Shown: piece after piece, positions 54,692 to 64,000 of the stretch
Layout of the letters: each line of letters begins with the position of its first letter
How positions within the stretch are numbered: position 1 is the stretch's first letter
NCBI GenBank assembly: GCA_964396055.1
Contig: CAYNDV010000007.1
Coordinates: forward strand, 521 to 64,520
Reading direction: 5' to 3'
Source of the DNA: an uncultured Vicinamibacterales bacterium
GTDB taxonomy: Bacteria > Acidobacteriota > Vicinamibacteria > Vicinamibacterales > JAKQTR01
Length of the DNA stretch: 64,000 nucleotides
Program-made: the position numbers and the translations under genes
The notes under the pieces: model-generated
The model's input: the letters and a program-made list of their open reading frames with translations, nothing else
Databases searched by the model: none
What the model was told of the DNA's origin: nothing

Positions 54692-55918
54692 ATGATCAAC
54701 GTCCGCACGATCACGTATGGCAGCAACCCCGGCTGGCCCCTCGACAAGGCGGCGCTGGCCGACGCCGGCCGCGTGGCCCGGGCCGTCCGCCAGGCGATCG
54801 AGTCCGGCGGGCACACCGTGCAGACGACCCGGTACGCGTCCTGCCCGTTCGGCGACCTGGTCAGCGCGGAGGGCGTCGTGGCCTTCGCCCGCGAGCTGCA
54901 GGCCCGGGCCCTGGCCCACGGGTTCGATTTCGTCACGATCGGGCCAGCCCGCCCGTCCGACAGCGCCGATCACTTCCGTGCGATCCCCGACGCGCTGGCG
55001 GCCACCACCGCCGCGTTCGGTTCGGCCCTCATCGCCGACCGGGCAGCCGGGCTCGATGTCGGCGCCGTGCAACTGGCGGCGGAGATCATCCACCGCTGCG
55101 CGGGCATCGGCACCGACGGGTTCGGCAACCTGCGCTTCGCGGCGCTGGCGAACGTGCCGCCGGGCGTGCCGTTCCTGCCGGCGGCCTACCACGACGGCGG
55201 GGCGCCCGTGGTCAGCCTCGGCATCGAGGGCGCGGCCGCGGCCGTCCACGCGTGCTCGGAAGCCGCCACCCTGGACGACGCGCGTGACCTGCTCGTGGCG
55301 CGCGTCGAGATCGAAGCCCGCCGCCTGGCATCGGCGGTCGAGCGCGCGCTGGCGGGAACCGGCGTGGCCTTCGGCGGCATCGACTTCTCGATGGCGCCGT
55401 ACCCGGAGGCCGCCCGTTCCCTGGGCACGGCCATCGAACGCCTGATGGGCGGCCGGGCCGGCGAGGGCGGCACGCTGGCCGCGGCCGCGTGGCTGACCTC
55501 CGCGCTCGATCTGGCCGTCTTCCCCCGCGTGGGATTCTGCGGGCTCTTCCTGCCGGTGTTCGAGGACGCCATCCTGGCCGCCCGGGCGGCCGAGGGCGCC
55601 CTGACCACCTCCGACCTGCTGCTGTCGTCGGCCGTGTGCGGCACGGGCCTCGACACGGTGCCCCTGCCCGGCCGGGTGTCGGCACCGGAACTGGCGTCGA
55701 TCCTGCTCGACATCGGCGCGCTCGCCCTCCGGCTCGACAAGCCGCTGACCGCGCGACTGATGCCGATCCCCGGCCGGCGCCCGGGCGACCCGGTGGTCTT
55801 CGACTTCCCGTACTTCGCCCCGACACGCGTGCTGGAACCGCGCGCGGCGGGGCTGGGCGGGCTGTTCGCCGCAGCGGGACGCGTGCCGATCGCGCGGCGG
55901 ACCGGCGGGGCCGCGTGA
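54692..55918 (+). CDS. DUF711 (UPF0210) family protein
   Basis: The N-terminus MINVRTITYG matches the conserved (I/V)RTIT(L/Y)G start of the family. 408 aa. Confidence 0.7.
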   Translation: MINVRTITYGSNPGWPLDKAALADAGRVARAVRQAIESGGHTVQTTRYASCPFGDLVSAEGVVAFARELQARALAHGFDFVTIGPARPSDSADHFRAIPDALAATTAAFGSALIADRAAGLDVGAVQLAAEIIHRCAGIGTDGFGNLRFAALANVPPGVPFLPAAYHDGGAPVVSLGIEGAAAAVHACSEAATLDDARDLLVARVEIEARRLASAVERALAGTGVAFGGIDFSMAPYPEAARSLGTAIERLMGGRAGEGGTLAAAAWLTSALDLAVFPRVGFCGLFLPVFEDAILAARAAEGALTTSDLLLSSAVCGTGLDTVPLPGRVSAPELASILLDIGALALRLDKPLTARLMPIPGRRPGDPVVFDFPYFAPTRVLEPRAAGLGGLFAAAGRVPIARRTGGAA

Positions 55919-55972
55919 GCGCTGGCGCCTGCGGCGGCGCTGCGATACGCTTAGAGGTTTGAGGGTGATGAC

Positions 55973-56998
55973 GTGGCGATTGACTTCGATCAGATCGAAC
56001 GCGACGCGCTGACGGGGCTGGCGGCGGTGGCGACGACGGCGGCGCTCGCGCAGTGGCGCCTGGCCCACCTCGGCAAGAGCGCGCCCGTGATGCTCGCGAT
56101 GGGCTCCCTGGGCACGCTGCCGAAGGAGGACCGGAAGGCCTTCGGCCAGCGGGCCAACCAGGCCCGCCAGGCCGTCGAGCAGGCCTACGAGGCCGCCGCG
56201 GAACGGCTGCGCCAGGCCGAACTGGAACGCGAGATCCAGGCGGGAGCCCTGGACGTGACGCTGCCGGGCCGCCCGCGCACGCGGGGCCGCCTCCACCCGG
56301 CCACCCAGGGCCTGCGGCGCATCTACGCGATCTTCGCGGAAATGGGCTTCCAGATCTACCGGTCCCGCGAGGTCGAGACCGACGAGTACAACTTCGGGCT
56401 GCTCAACATGCCGCCGCACCACCCGGCGCGGGACATGTGGGATACGTTCTTCACGACGGCGCCGAACGTCATCCTGCGCACCCATACGTCGCCCGGCCAG
56501 ATCCACGTGATGCGCGACCGGTGCCCGGAGCCGATCCGCGTGATCCTGCCCGGCATGTGTTACCGGTACGAACAGATCACCGCCCGCAGCGAGATCCAGT
56601 TCTACCAGGTGGAGGGCCTCGCCATCGGGACGCACGTCACGATGGCCGACCTGAAGGGCACGCTCAGCGGCTTCGCCCGCGCCCTGTTCGGGGAGCGGGT
56701 GCGCACGCGGTTCCGCGCCGACCACTTCCCGTTCACGGAGCCATCCGCCGAGATGGACGTGGAGTGTTTCGTGTGCGAGGGCAAGGGCTGCCCCGTCTGC
56801 AAGCGCAGCGGCTGGCTCGAGATCCTCGGCTGCGGCATGGTGCACCCGGCCGTGCTGCAGAATGGCGGCTACGACCCCCGGAAGTTCTCGGGCTTCGCGT
56901 TCGGACTCGGCCCGCAGCGCATCACCATGCTGCTGCACAAGATCGAGGACATCCGCGGGTTCCTCGCCAACGACGTCCGTTTCCTCGAGCAGTTCTAG
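55973..56998 (+). CDS. pheS: Phenylalanine--tRNA ligase alpha subunit
   Basis: Class II motifs are PHHPARDMWDTFF, RTHTSPGQ, FRADHFPFTEPS and GFAFGLGPQRI. Confidence 0.95.
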   Translation: MAIDFDQIERDALTGLAAVATTAALAQWRLAHLGKSAPVMLAMGSLGTLPKEDRKAFGQRANQARQAVEQAYEAAAERLRQAELEREIQAGALDVTLPGRPRTRGRLHPATQGLRRIYAIFAEMGFQIYRSREVETDEYNFGLLNMPPHHPARDMWDTFFTTAPNVILRTHTSPGQIHVMRDRCPEPIRVILPGMCYRYEQITARSEIQFYQVEGLAIGTHVTMADLKGTLSGFARALFGERVRTRFRADHFPFTEPSAEMDVECFVCEGKGCPVCKRSGWLEILGCGMVHPAVLQNGGYDPRKFSGFAFGLGPQRITMLLHKIEDIRGFLANDVRFLEQF

Positions 56999-57002
56999 GA
57001 AC

Positions 57003-57097
57003 GGTTCAGGGTTCACCCCTCGACGTTGCTCGGGGTGACCCTGAGCTTCGGCAAAGGGTCAGGGTTCACGGTTCACGGTTCAGGGTTCGGGATTCAG
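57003..57097. repeat. Mosaic element between pheS and pheT: GGTTCAS heptamer arrays flanking a hairpin
   Basis: GGTTCAG GGTTCAC (57003-57016), then hairpin GGGTTCACCCC..GGGGTGACCC (57009-57041), then GGGTCAG GGTTCAC GGTTCAC GGTTCAG GGTTCGG GATTCAG (57056-57097). Confidence 0.85.
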
Positions 57098-57108
57098 GGC
57101 TGCCGTCC

Positions 57109-59682
57109 ATGCGAGTACCACTGTCTTGGCTGCGTGACTTCGTTGACATCACCGACACACCCGAGGTGCTGGCGTCGCGCCTGACGTTTGCCGGTCTCGA
57201 AGTCGAAGAACTGGAGTTCGTCGGCCTGGCGCCGGCCGAGGCGCCCATCGACGGGCTGTCGGCGACCGGCCGCCGCGGCCAGCGCGCGAAGGGCCTGGCC
57301 TGGGATCCCGCGAAGATCGTCATCGCGAGCATCCTCGAGGTCATGCCCCATCCGAACGCCGACCGCCTCACGCTGCTCCGCCTCGACGACGGATCGGGCG
57401 ACGAACAGGTGGTGCTGACGGGGGCGCCGAACATTTTCCACCTCAAGGGCACCGGGCCGCTGGCCGCGCCGTTGAAGGTCGTCTTCGCCCGGGAAGGTGC
57501 GGTCATCTACGATGGCCACAAGCCGGGCCGCGAACTGACCACGCTGAAGAAGGCGAAGATCCGCGGCGTCGAGTCGAAGTCGATGGTGTGTTCGGAGAAG
57601 GAACTGGGCATCTCCGACGAGCACGACGGCATCATCCTGCTCGACGGCGCCGCGCCGGTCGGCGTGGCCGCCTGCGACTACCTCGGAGACGCCGTGTTCG
57701 AGGTGAAGATCAACCCGAACATGGCGCGCAACGCCAACGTGCTGGGCCTCGCGCGCGAGATCGCGGCTATCACGGGCCGGCCCCTGCGCCGGCCCGACAC
57801 CCGCGTGCAGGCCGGCGGCCCGCCCATCGACGGGCGCATCGCCATCGACATCCGCACCCCGGCGCTGAACCCCCGCTTCGTGCTGGGGCTCATCGAAGGC
57901 GTCACGATCGCTCCGAGCCCATACGAGGTGCAGCGCCGGCTGCGCCTCGTGGGCACGCGCCCCATCAACAACCTGGTCGACGCCACCAACTACGTGATGT
58001 TCGAGCTTGGCGAGCCGCTGCACGCCTTCGACTGGGACGTCATCCAGCGCCGCGCGGGCGGCCGGCGCCCGACCATCATCACCCGCGTGAACGAACCCGG
58101 CGAGACCCTGACGACCCTGGACGGCGTCGAACGCAGACTCGACCCGGACACCGTCCTGGTGTGTGACGAAGCTGGCGCGCTGTCGCTGGCCGGCGTCATG
58201 GGCGGCCTGGAGTCGGAAATCACCGATGCCACGACGAACGTGCTGCTCGAGGGCGCGGCGTGGGACTACATCAACATCCGGCGCACGGCCAAGGCCCAGG
58301 GCCTGCCCTCCGAAGCGTCGTACCGCTTCTCGCGCGGCGTGCACCCGTCGCTGGCCGAACCCGGGGTCACGCGCGCGCTCGAGCTCATGCGCCAGTGGGC
58401 CGGCGGCACCGTCTGCCAGGGGCTGGTGGACAACTACCCGCAGCGTCCGGCCGCGCCCGTCGTCGAGATCGGCACGGCCTTCGTGGCGCGCCAGATGGGC
58501 GTCCGGCTGCCGGCTGAGGAAATCATCCGGATTCTCGAGTCACTCGAATTCACGTGCGAGCGGCTCGGCATCGACGAAGGCGGTGACGAGACCATCCGGG
58601 TCGCGGCGCCCGACTTCCGCCTCGACATCGGCACCGGGGTGATCGGCCAGGCCGACGTGCTCGAAGAGATCGCCCGCGTCTACGGCTACGAACGTATTCC
58701 GGAGACGATGCTGGCCGAGGTGATTCCCGAGCCCCACGTCAACCGCGCCCTGGTGCTCGAGGAGCGGGTGCGCGACGTGCTGGTCAGCCTGGGGATCCAG
58801 GAGATCGTCACCTACTCGCTCACGTCACCCGAGCGCGAAGCGCGCCTGCTCACGGAGCCGCAGGCCGGCGAACCGCCAGCCTACATCCGCCTGGCAAACC
58901 CCATCGTCGTCGACCGCGTGGTGATGCGGCGCGAGTTGCTGCCGGGCATGCTCGAGGTGGCAGCGTCGAACGTCCGCCACGCCGACCGCCTGGCGCTCTT
59001 CGAGCTGGGACCGGTCTACCTGCCCGTGCCGGGCGCACAGCTCCCCGACGAGCCGGTGCGGCTGTCCCTGCTGGTGACCGGGCCACGCAACCCGATGGGC
59101 TGGCAGCCCGCCGATCGCGAGGCCATGGACTTCTACGACCTGAAAGGCATCGTCGAGGCGCTCGTCGATGCGCTGCACGTCCCGCAGGTCACCTGGGACA
59201 CCGGCACACACGCGGCGCTCACGCCCGGGCGGACGGCCCGGCTGGCCGTGGCCGGGCAGGCCGCCGGCTGGATCGGCGAGCTGCATCCCGCCGTGGCGGC
59301 CCGGTTCGATCTCGCGGGCCGCGTGCTCGTGGCGGAACTCGACGTGCCGGCGCTCACCGGCGCCGTCGGCGACCGCCACGCGGTCGTGCCGGTGTCCTCC
59401 TATCCTGCCGTCAAGGAAGATCTGGCAGTCGTCGTTGACGAAGCGGTGCCGGCGGCGCGGGTCGTCGAGGTTGCGCGGGCGGCAGGCGGGCCGCTGCTGG
59501 CGCGGGTGCAGTTGTTCGACGTGTTCCGCGGCGGCCAGATCGAGGCCGGCAGGAAGAGCCTGGCGTTCAGCGTCACGTACCAGGCCCCCGACCGGACGCT
59601 CACCGACGCCGAAGCGGCGAAACTGCGCGCCCGGATCGTGAAGGGGCTGGCCGACGAACTCGGCGCGGTCCTGCGGGGCTGA
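57109..59682 (+). CDS. pheT: Phenylalanine--tRNA ligase beta subunit
   Basis: MRVPLSWLRDFV is the canonical PheT N-terminus. It has a tRNA-binding (OB) domain ..EVMPHPNADRLTLL.., B3/4 and B5 regions, and a C-terminal FDX-ACB-like domain. Confidence 0.95.
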   Translation: MRVPLSWLRDFVDITDTPEVLASRLTFAGLEVEELEFVGLAPAEAPIDGLSATGRRGQRAKGLAWDPAKIVIASILEVMPHPNADRLTLLRLDDGSGDEQVVLTGAPNIFHLKGTGPLAAPLKVVFAREGAVIYDGHKPGRELTTLKKAKIRGVESKSMVCSEKELGISDEHDGIILLDGAAPVGVAACDYLGDAVFEVKINPNMARNANVLGLAREIAAITGRPLRRPDTRVQAGGPPIDGRIAIDIRTPALNPRFVLGLIEGVTIAPSPYEVQRRLRLVGTRPINNLVDATNYVMFELGEPLHAFDWDVIQRRAGGRRPTIITRVNEPGETLTTLDGVERRLDPDTVLVCDEAGALSLAGVMGGLESEITDATTNVLLEGAAWDYINIRRTAKAQGLPSEASYRFSRGVHPSLAEPGVTRALELMRQWAGGTVCQGLVDNYPQRPAAPVVEIGTAFVARQMGVRLPAEEIIRILESLEFTCERLGIDEGGDETIRVAAPDFRLDIGTGVIGQADVLEEIARVYGYERIPETMLAEVIPEPHVNRALVLEERVRDVLVSLGIQEIVTYSLTSPEREARLLTEPQAGEPPAYIRLANPIVVDRVVMRRELLPGMLEVAASNVRHADRLALFELGPVYLPVPGAQLPDEPVRLSLLVTGPRNPMGWQPADREAMDFYDLKGIVEALVDALHVPQVTWDTGTHAALTPGRTARLAVAGQAAGWIGELHPAVAARFDLAGRVLVAELDVPALTGAVGDRHAVVPVSSYPAVKEDLAVVVDEAVPAARVVEVARAAGGPLLARVQLFDVFRGGQIEAGRKSLAFSVTYQAPDRTLTDAEAAKLRARIVKGLADELGAVLRG

Positions 59683-59721
59683 CGCGACGGCAGCTCGTCT
59701 GGACCACGGCGGCGCCCGTGC

Positions 59722-60917
59722 TCAGCGCGCCGCCGCGCCGCCGCCCGTGATCACCGCACCCAGGAACCGCTCCACGGCGTACGTGCTGATCTGCCCGCAC
59801 GGTCCCCGCAGGAAGTAGTCGCACGCGTGGCTGGCCCACGGCAGTTCCACCAGCAGGTGCGGGACGCCGGCCCCGCGCAGCTGCCGGGCCAGCCGGCGGC
59901 TCTGTTCCTTGTCCACCAGTTCGTCGGGCGTCCCGTGAACCAGGAGCGTCGGCGGCGTCGCCGGCGTGACGTAGTTGATCGGTGATGCCATCTCGTAGCT
60001 CGCCCGCCGCTCGCGCAGGTGCCCGCCGATGTAGGTGGCCAGCGTGGTGGTCGAATCGTACACCTTCGGATCCGCGGGGTGCGTGTAGCCGTACACCAGG
60101 TCAGTCGGCCCGTAGAAGCCCACGACGCCGCGCACGGCCGGATCGCGGCTGGTGTAGGCCGCCAGCAGCGCCAGCTGCGCCCCGGCGGAACGGCCGACAA
60201 GCACGACGCGCGCCGCATCGGCATGCAGATCCCCGGCGTGGCTCTTGATGGCTGCCAGCGCGGCCGCCACGTCGTCGCGCGCCGCCGGGAACGGATGGGC
60301 GGGCGCCAGGCGGTAGTCCGTCGAGGCGACCAGGAAGCCGCGCTGGGCGAGGTAGCGGCTCAGGCCGTCGAATTCGTGGCGCGTGCCGCCACGCCAGCCG
60401 CCGCCATGAACGACCAGGACCACGGGATAGGGGCCGGGACCCGCGGGCGGCCGGTACACGTCGAGCGCCAGCTCAACGCCGTCCACTTCGCGGAATACGA
60501 TCGCGGACGGCTCCAGATCCGGCACAGACAGGCCCCGGAAGAGATCCGCCCACACGAGCGGTGACGGCCGGGAATCCGGCAGGGTGGCCGCTGATGAGCC
60601 GAACGCCCGGGCCAGTTCCGCGGGCACCACGGTCGCCACCGTCCAGGCGCGGGCCAGCGGCACCAGCGCCATGCCGGCCGACGCCAGGGCAAGTACGGCG
60701 ATCCAGGCCGGCCTGGCCGCCCACCGTGCCAGCACCGCGACCAGCAAGGCGGCCGCGACGATCCACGCGCTGCCTTCGCTGGCCGCCACGCGGACCTTGA
60801 ACAGGTGGTACGACTGGGCCGGCGCCACGGCCGCCACGGCGCTCCAGAACACGAACCCTGTGAGGCCAATCGCGGCCCAGCCCGCGAGCCGCGAGCCGCG
60901 CCGGGCCCTCCCCGGCA

Positions 60918-60921
<4 letters not shown>
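59722..60921 (-). CDS. Alpha/beta hydrolase (esterase/lipase, HSL-like) with N-terminal TM region
   Basis: Oxyanion motif HGGGW and nucleophile elbow GRSAGA. The start overlaps the stop of the upstream ABC gene. Confidence 0.8.
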
Positions 60922-62759
<1,838 letters not shown>

Positions 62760-62771
62760 GAAGACACGGTA

Positions 62772-62799
62772 CTAGAGGCCAGGGGCTGGAGGCTAGAGG
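62772..62799. repeat. Heptanucleotide array of the CTAGAGG family, x4
   Basis: CTAGAGG CCAGGGG CTGGAGG CTAGAGG. It starts 13 nt upstream of the MsbA-like start codon. Confidence 0.8.
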
Positions 62800-62862
62800 C
62801 GTGGGGCGTGGGGCGTGGGGCGTGGGGCGTGGGGCTTGGGGCTTGGGGCGTGGGGCGTGATC
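62800..62862. repeat. Heptanucleotide array (CGTGGGG), 8 units plus 1 degenerate
   Basis: CGTGGGG x5, CTTGGGG x2, CGTGGGG, CGTGATC. This gives eight GGGG tracts with 3-nt loops on the plus strand. Confidence 0.9.
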
Positions 62863-62864
62863 CC

Positions 62865-62892
62865 TTCTTGCTTCTTGCTTCTTGCTTCTGTC
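62865..62892. repeat. Heptanucleotide array (TTCTTGC) x3 plus TTCTGTC
   Basis: TTCTTGC x3 followed by TTCTGTC, which is the unit of the 14792 array. It ends 13 nt before the dinB ATG. Confidence 0.85.
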
Positions 62893-62905
62893 AGCGTAAG
62901 TACCC

Positions 62906-63991
62906 ATGCGCCGCATCCTCCACGTCGACATGGACGCGTTCTACGCGTCGGTCGAGCAGCGGGACCGGCCCGAGCTGCGCGGGCGCCCGGTCGTGGTCGG
63001 CGGCCGGCCCGATCAGCGCGGCGTCGTGGCCGCGTCGAGCTACGAGGCCCGGGCCTTCGGCGTCCGGTCGGCGATGGCCATGGCCCGCGCGGTCCGTCTC
63101 TGCCCCGATCTCGTGATTGTCCGTCCCGACTTCGCCAAGTACCGCGCCGTGTCCGCTCAGGTGTTCGAGATCTTCCGCTCCGTGACCCCGCTGGTTGAAG
63201 GCCTGTCGCTCGACGAGGCGTACCTCGATGTCACAGAGAACGCGTGGGGCGAGCCGCTCGCGGTCAACGTCGCCCGCCGCATCAAGGCCGCCATCAGGGA
63301 CACGACGGGGCTGACCGCGTCGGCCGGCGTGGCCCCCAACAAGTTCCTGGCGAAGATCGCCTCGGGCTGGAAGAAGCCCGACGGCCTCACGGTCGTGGCA
63401 CCCGAACGGATCGAAGCGTTCCTGCAGCGGCTCACGGTGGACGACCTCTGGGGCGTGGGGCCGGTCACCGCCAGCAAGCTCCGCGCGATCGGTCTCGAGC
63501 GGCTGGTGGACGTCCGCTCGGCGGACCCGGCCCGGCTGCGCGCCGCGGTGGGCAGCCACGCAGACTGGCTGGTCCAGTTGGCGCACGGACATGACGATCG
63601 GCCTGTCGAGCCGGACCGGCCGCGCAAGTCGGTCGGCACCGAGAACACGTTCGTCGAGGACCTGACGGACGTGGATCTGGTGAAACAGGAAGTGGACGGC
63701 ATGGCGCGGGACGACGCGGCGTGGCTCGAACGCAAGGGGCTCTATGCCCGGACGGTGACGATCAAGGTCCGTTACCACGACTTCACGACGATCACGCGCA
63801 GCGACACGCGCGAGGTGGCCTCGCACGACGCCGATGAACTTGCCGCCCGGGCCGTGGCCCTGCTCGCGCGCACCGACGCGGGCCACCGCCCGATCCGCCT
63901 GCTGGGCGTCTCGCTGCACGGCCTTGCCACGGCAGCCGCCGGCCGTCCCGATCGGGCGCCCGCACCGCGGCTGCCGTTCGACAGCGATTAG
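62906..63991 (+). CDS. dinB: DNA polymerase IV
   Basis: ILHVDMDAFYASVEQRD, SLDEAYLDVT, GVAPNKFLAKIAS and LWGVGPVTA are Y-family Pol IV motifs. Confidence 0.95.
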   Translation: MRRILHVDMDAFYASVEQRDRPELRGRPVVVGGRPDQRGVVAASSYEARAFGVRSAMAMARAVRLCPDLVIVRPDFAKYRAVSAQVFEIFRSVTPLVEGLSLDEAYLDVTENAWGEPLAVNVARRIKAAIRDTTGLTASAGVAPNKFLAKIASGWKKPDGLTVVAPERIEAFLQRLTVDDLWGVGPVTASKLRAIGLERLVDVRSADPARLRAAVGSHADWLVQLAHGHDDRPVEPDRPRKSVGTENTFVEDLTDVDLVKQEVDGMARDDAAWLERKGLYARTVTIKVRYHDFTTITRSDTREVASHDADELAARAVALLARTDAGHRPIRLLGVSLHGLATAAAGRPDRAPAPRLPFDSD

Positions 63992-64000
63992 CCGCCGGGC

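Noticed and set aside
54650-57016. 788-aa minus-strand ORF antisense to DUF711 and pheS
   Set aside because: pheS on the plus strand has unmistakable class II synthetase motifs. The antisense ORF is Arg/Gly/Ala-rich with no motifs.
57003-57097. GGTTCAC arrays as LexA operators (the GTTC-N7-GTTC direct repeat reported for Alphaproteobacteria and Acidobacterium)
   Set aside because: With a 7-nt period, GTTC cores are separated by 3 or 10 nt, never 7. In addition, no GTTC-N7-GTTC is present in the dinB upstream region.

Overview
This is a 64-kb chromosomal window of about 70% GC, most likely from an Acidobacteriota genome. Supporting markers are a TonB-dependent receptor with a carboxypeptidase-regulatory domain, a protein with a TIGR03436-like VWFA-related Acidobacterial domain, a sortilin/BNR protein and paired MacB/FtsX permeases. 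I make 55 protein-coding calls, one of them tentative. Housekeeping genes are kbl, a fused ftcD, a PPi-type PFK, truA, thrBC, pheST and dinB. Transporters are MFS, DAACS, AGCS, MATE, MsbA-like and MacAB-like, and there are two GGDEF cyclases. I found no rRNA, tRNA, CRISPR, transposase or integrase. All family assignments are made by eye from motifs, because no BLAST or HMM search could be run. Two things stand out. (1) The intergenic DNA carries a mosaic repeat system. It combines related REP hairpins with a GGCTGAAGCC loop core, tandem arrays of distinct 7-nt units (GGTTCAC, TTCTGTC, TTCTTGC, CTAGAGG, CGTGGGG) and an 8-nt unit (GGCCGTTS). These recur at eight or more loci. They donate stop codons and even a C-terminal tail to flanking genes, they sit inside the pheS-pheT and MacAB-like operons, and they form an 8-tract G-quadruplex motif upstream of dinB. 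(2) A lower-GC accessory island of about 6.4 kb (16.1-22.6 kb) has all its genes on one strand. It carries two PIN-toxin (VapC-type) toxin-antitoxin modules, a membrane-anchored mimic of the L7/L12 C-terminal domain, and a methyltransferase-cupin segment flanked by a 38-bp direct repeat. It also carries an orphan 372-aa protein that is translationally coupled to vapC and followed by a 26-codon ORF with its own Shine-Dalgarno (SD) sequence and a terminator. That last module is my best candidate for an undescribed system.
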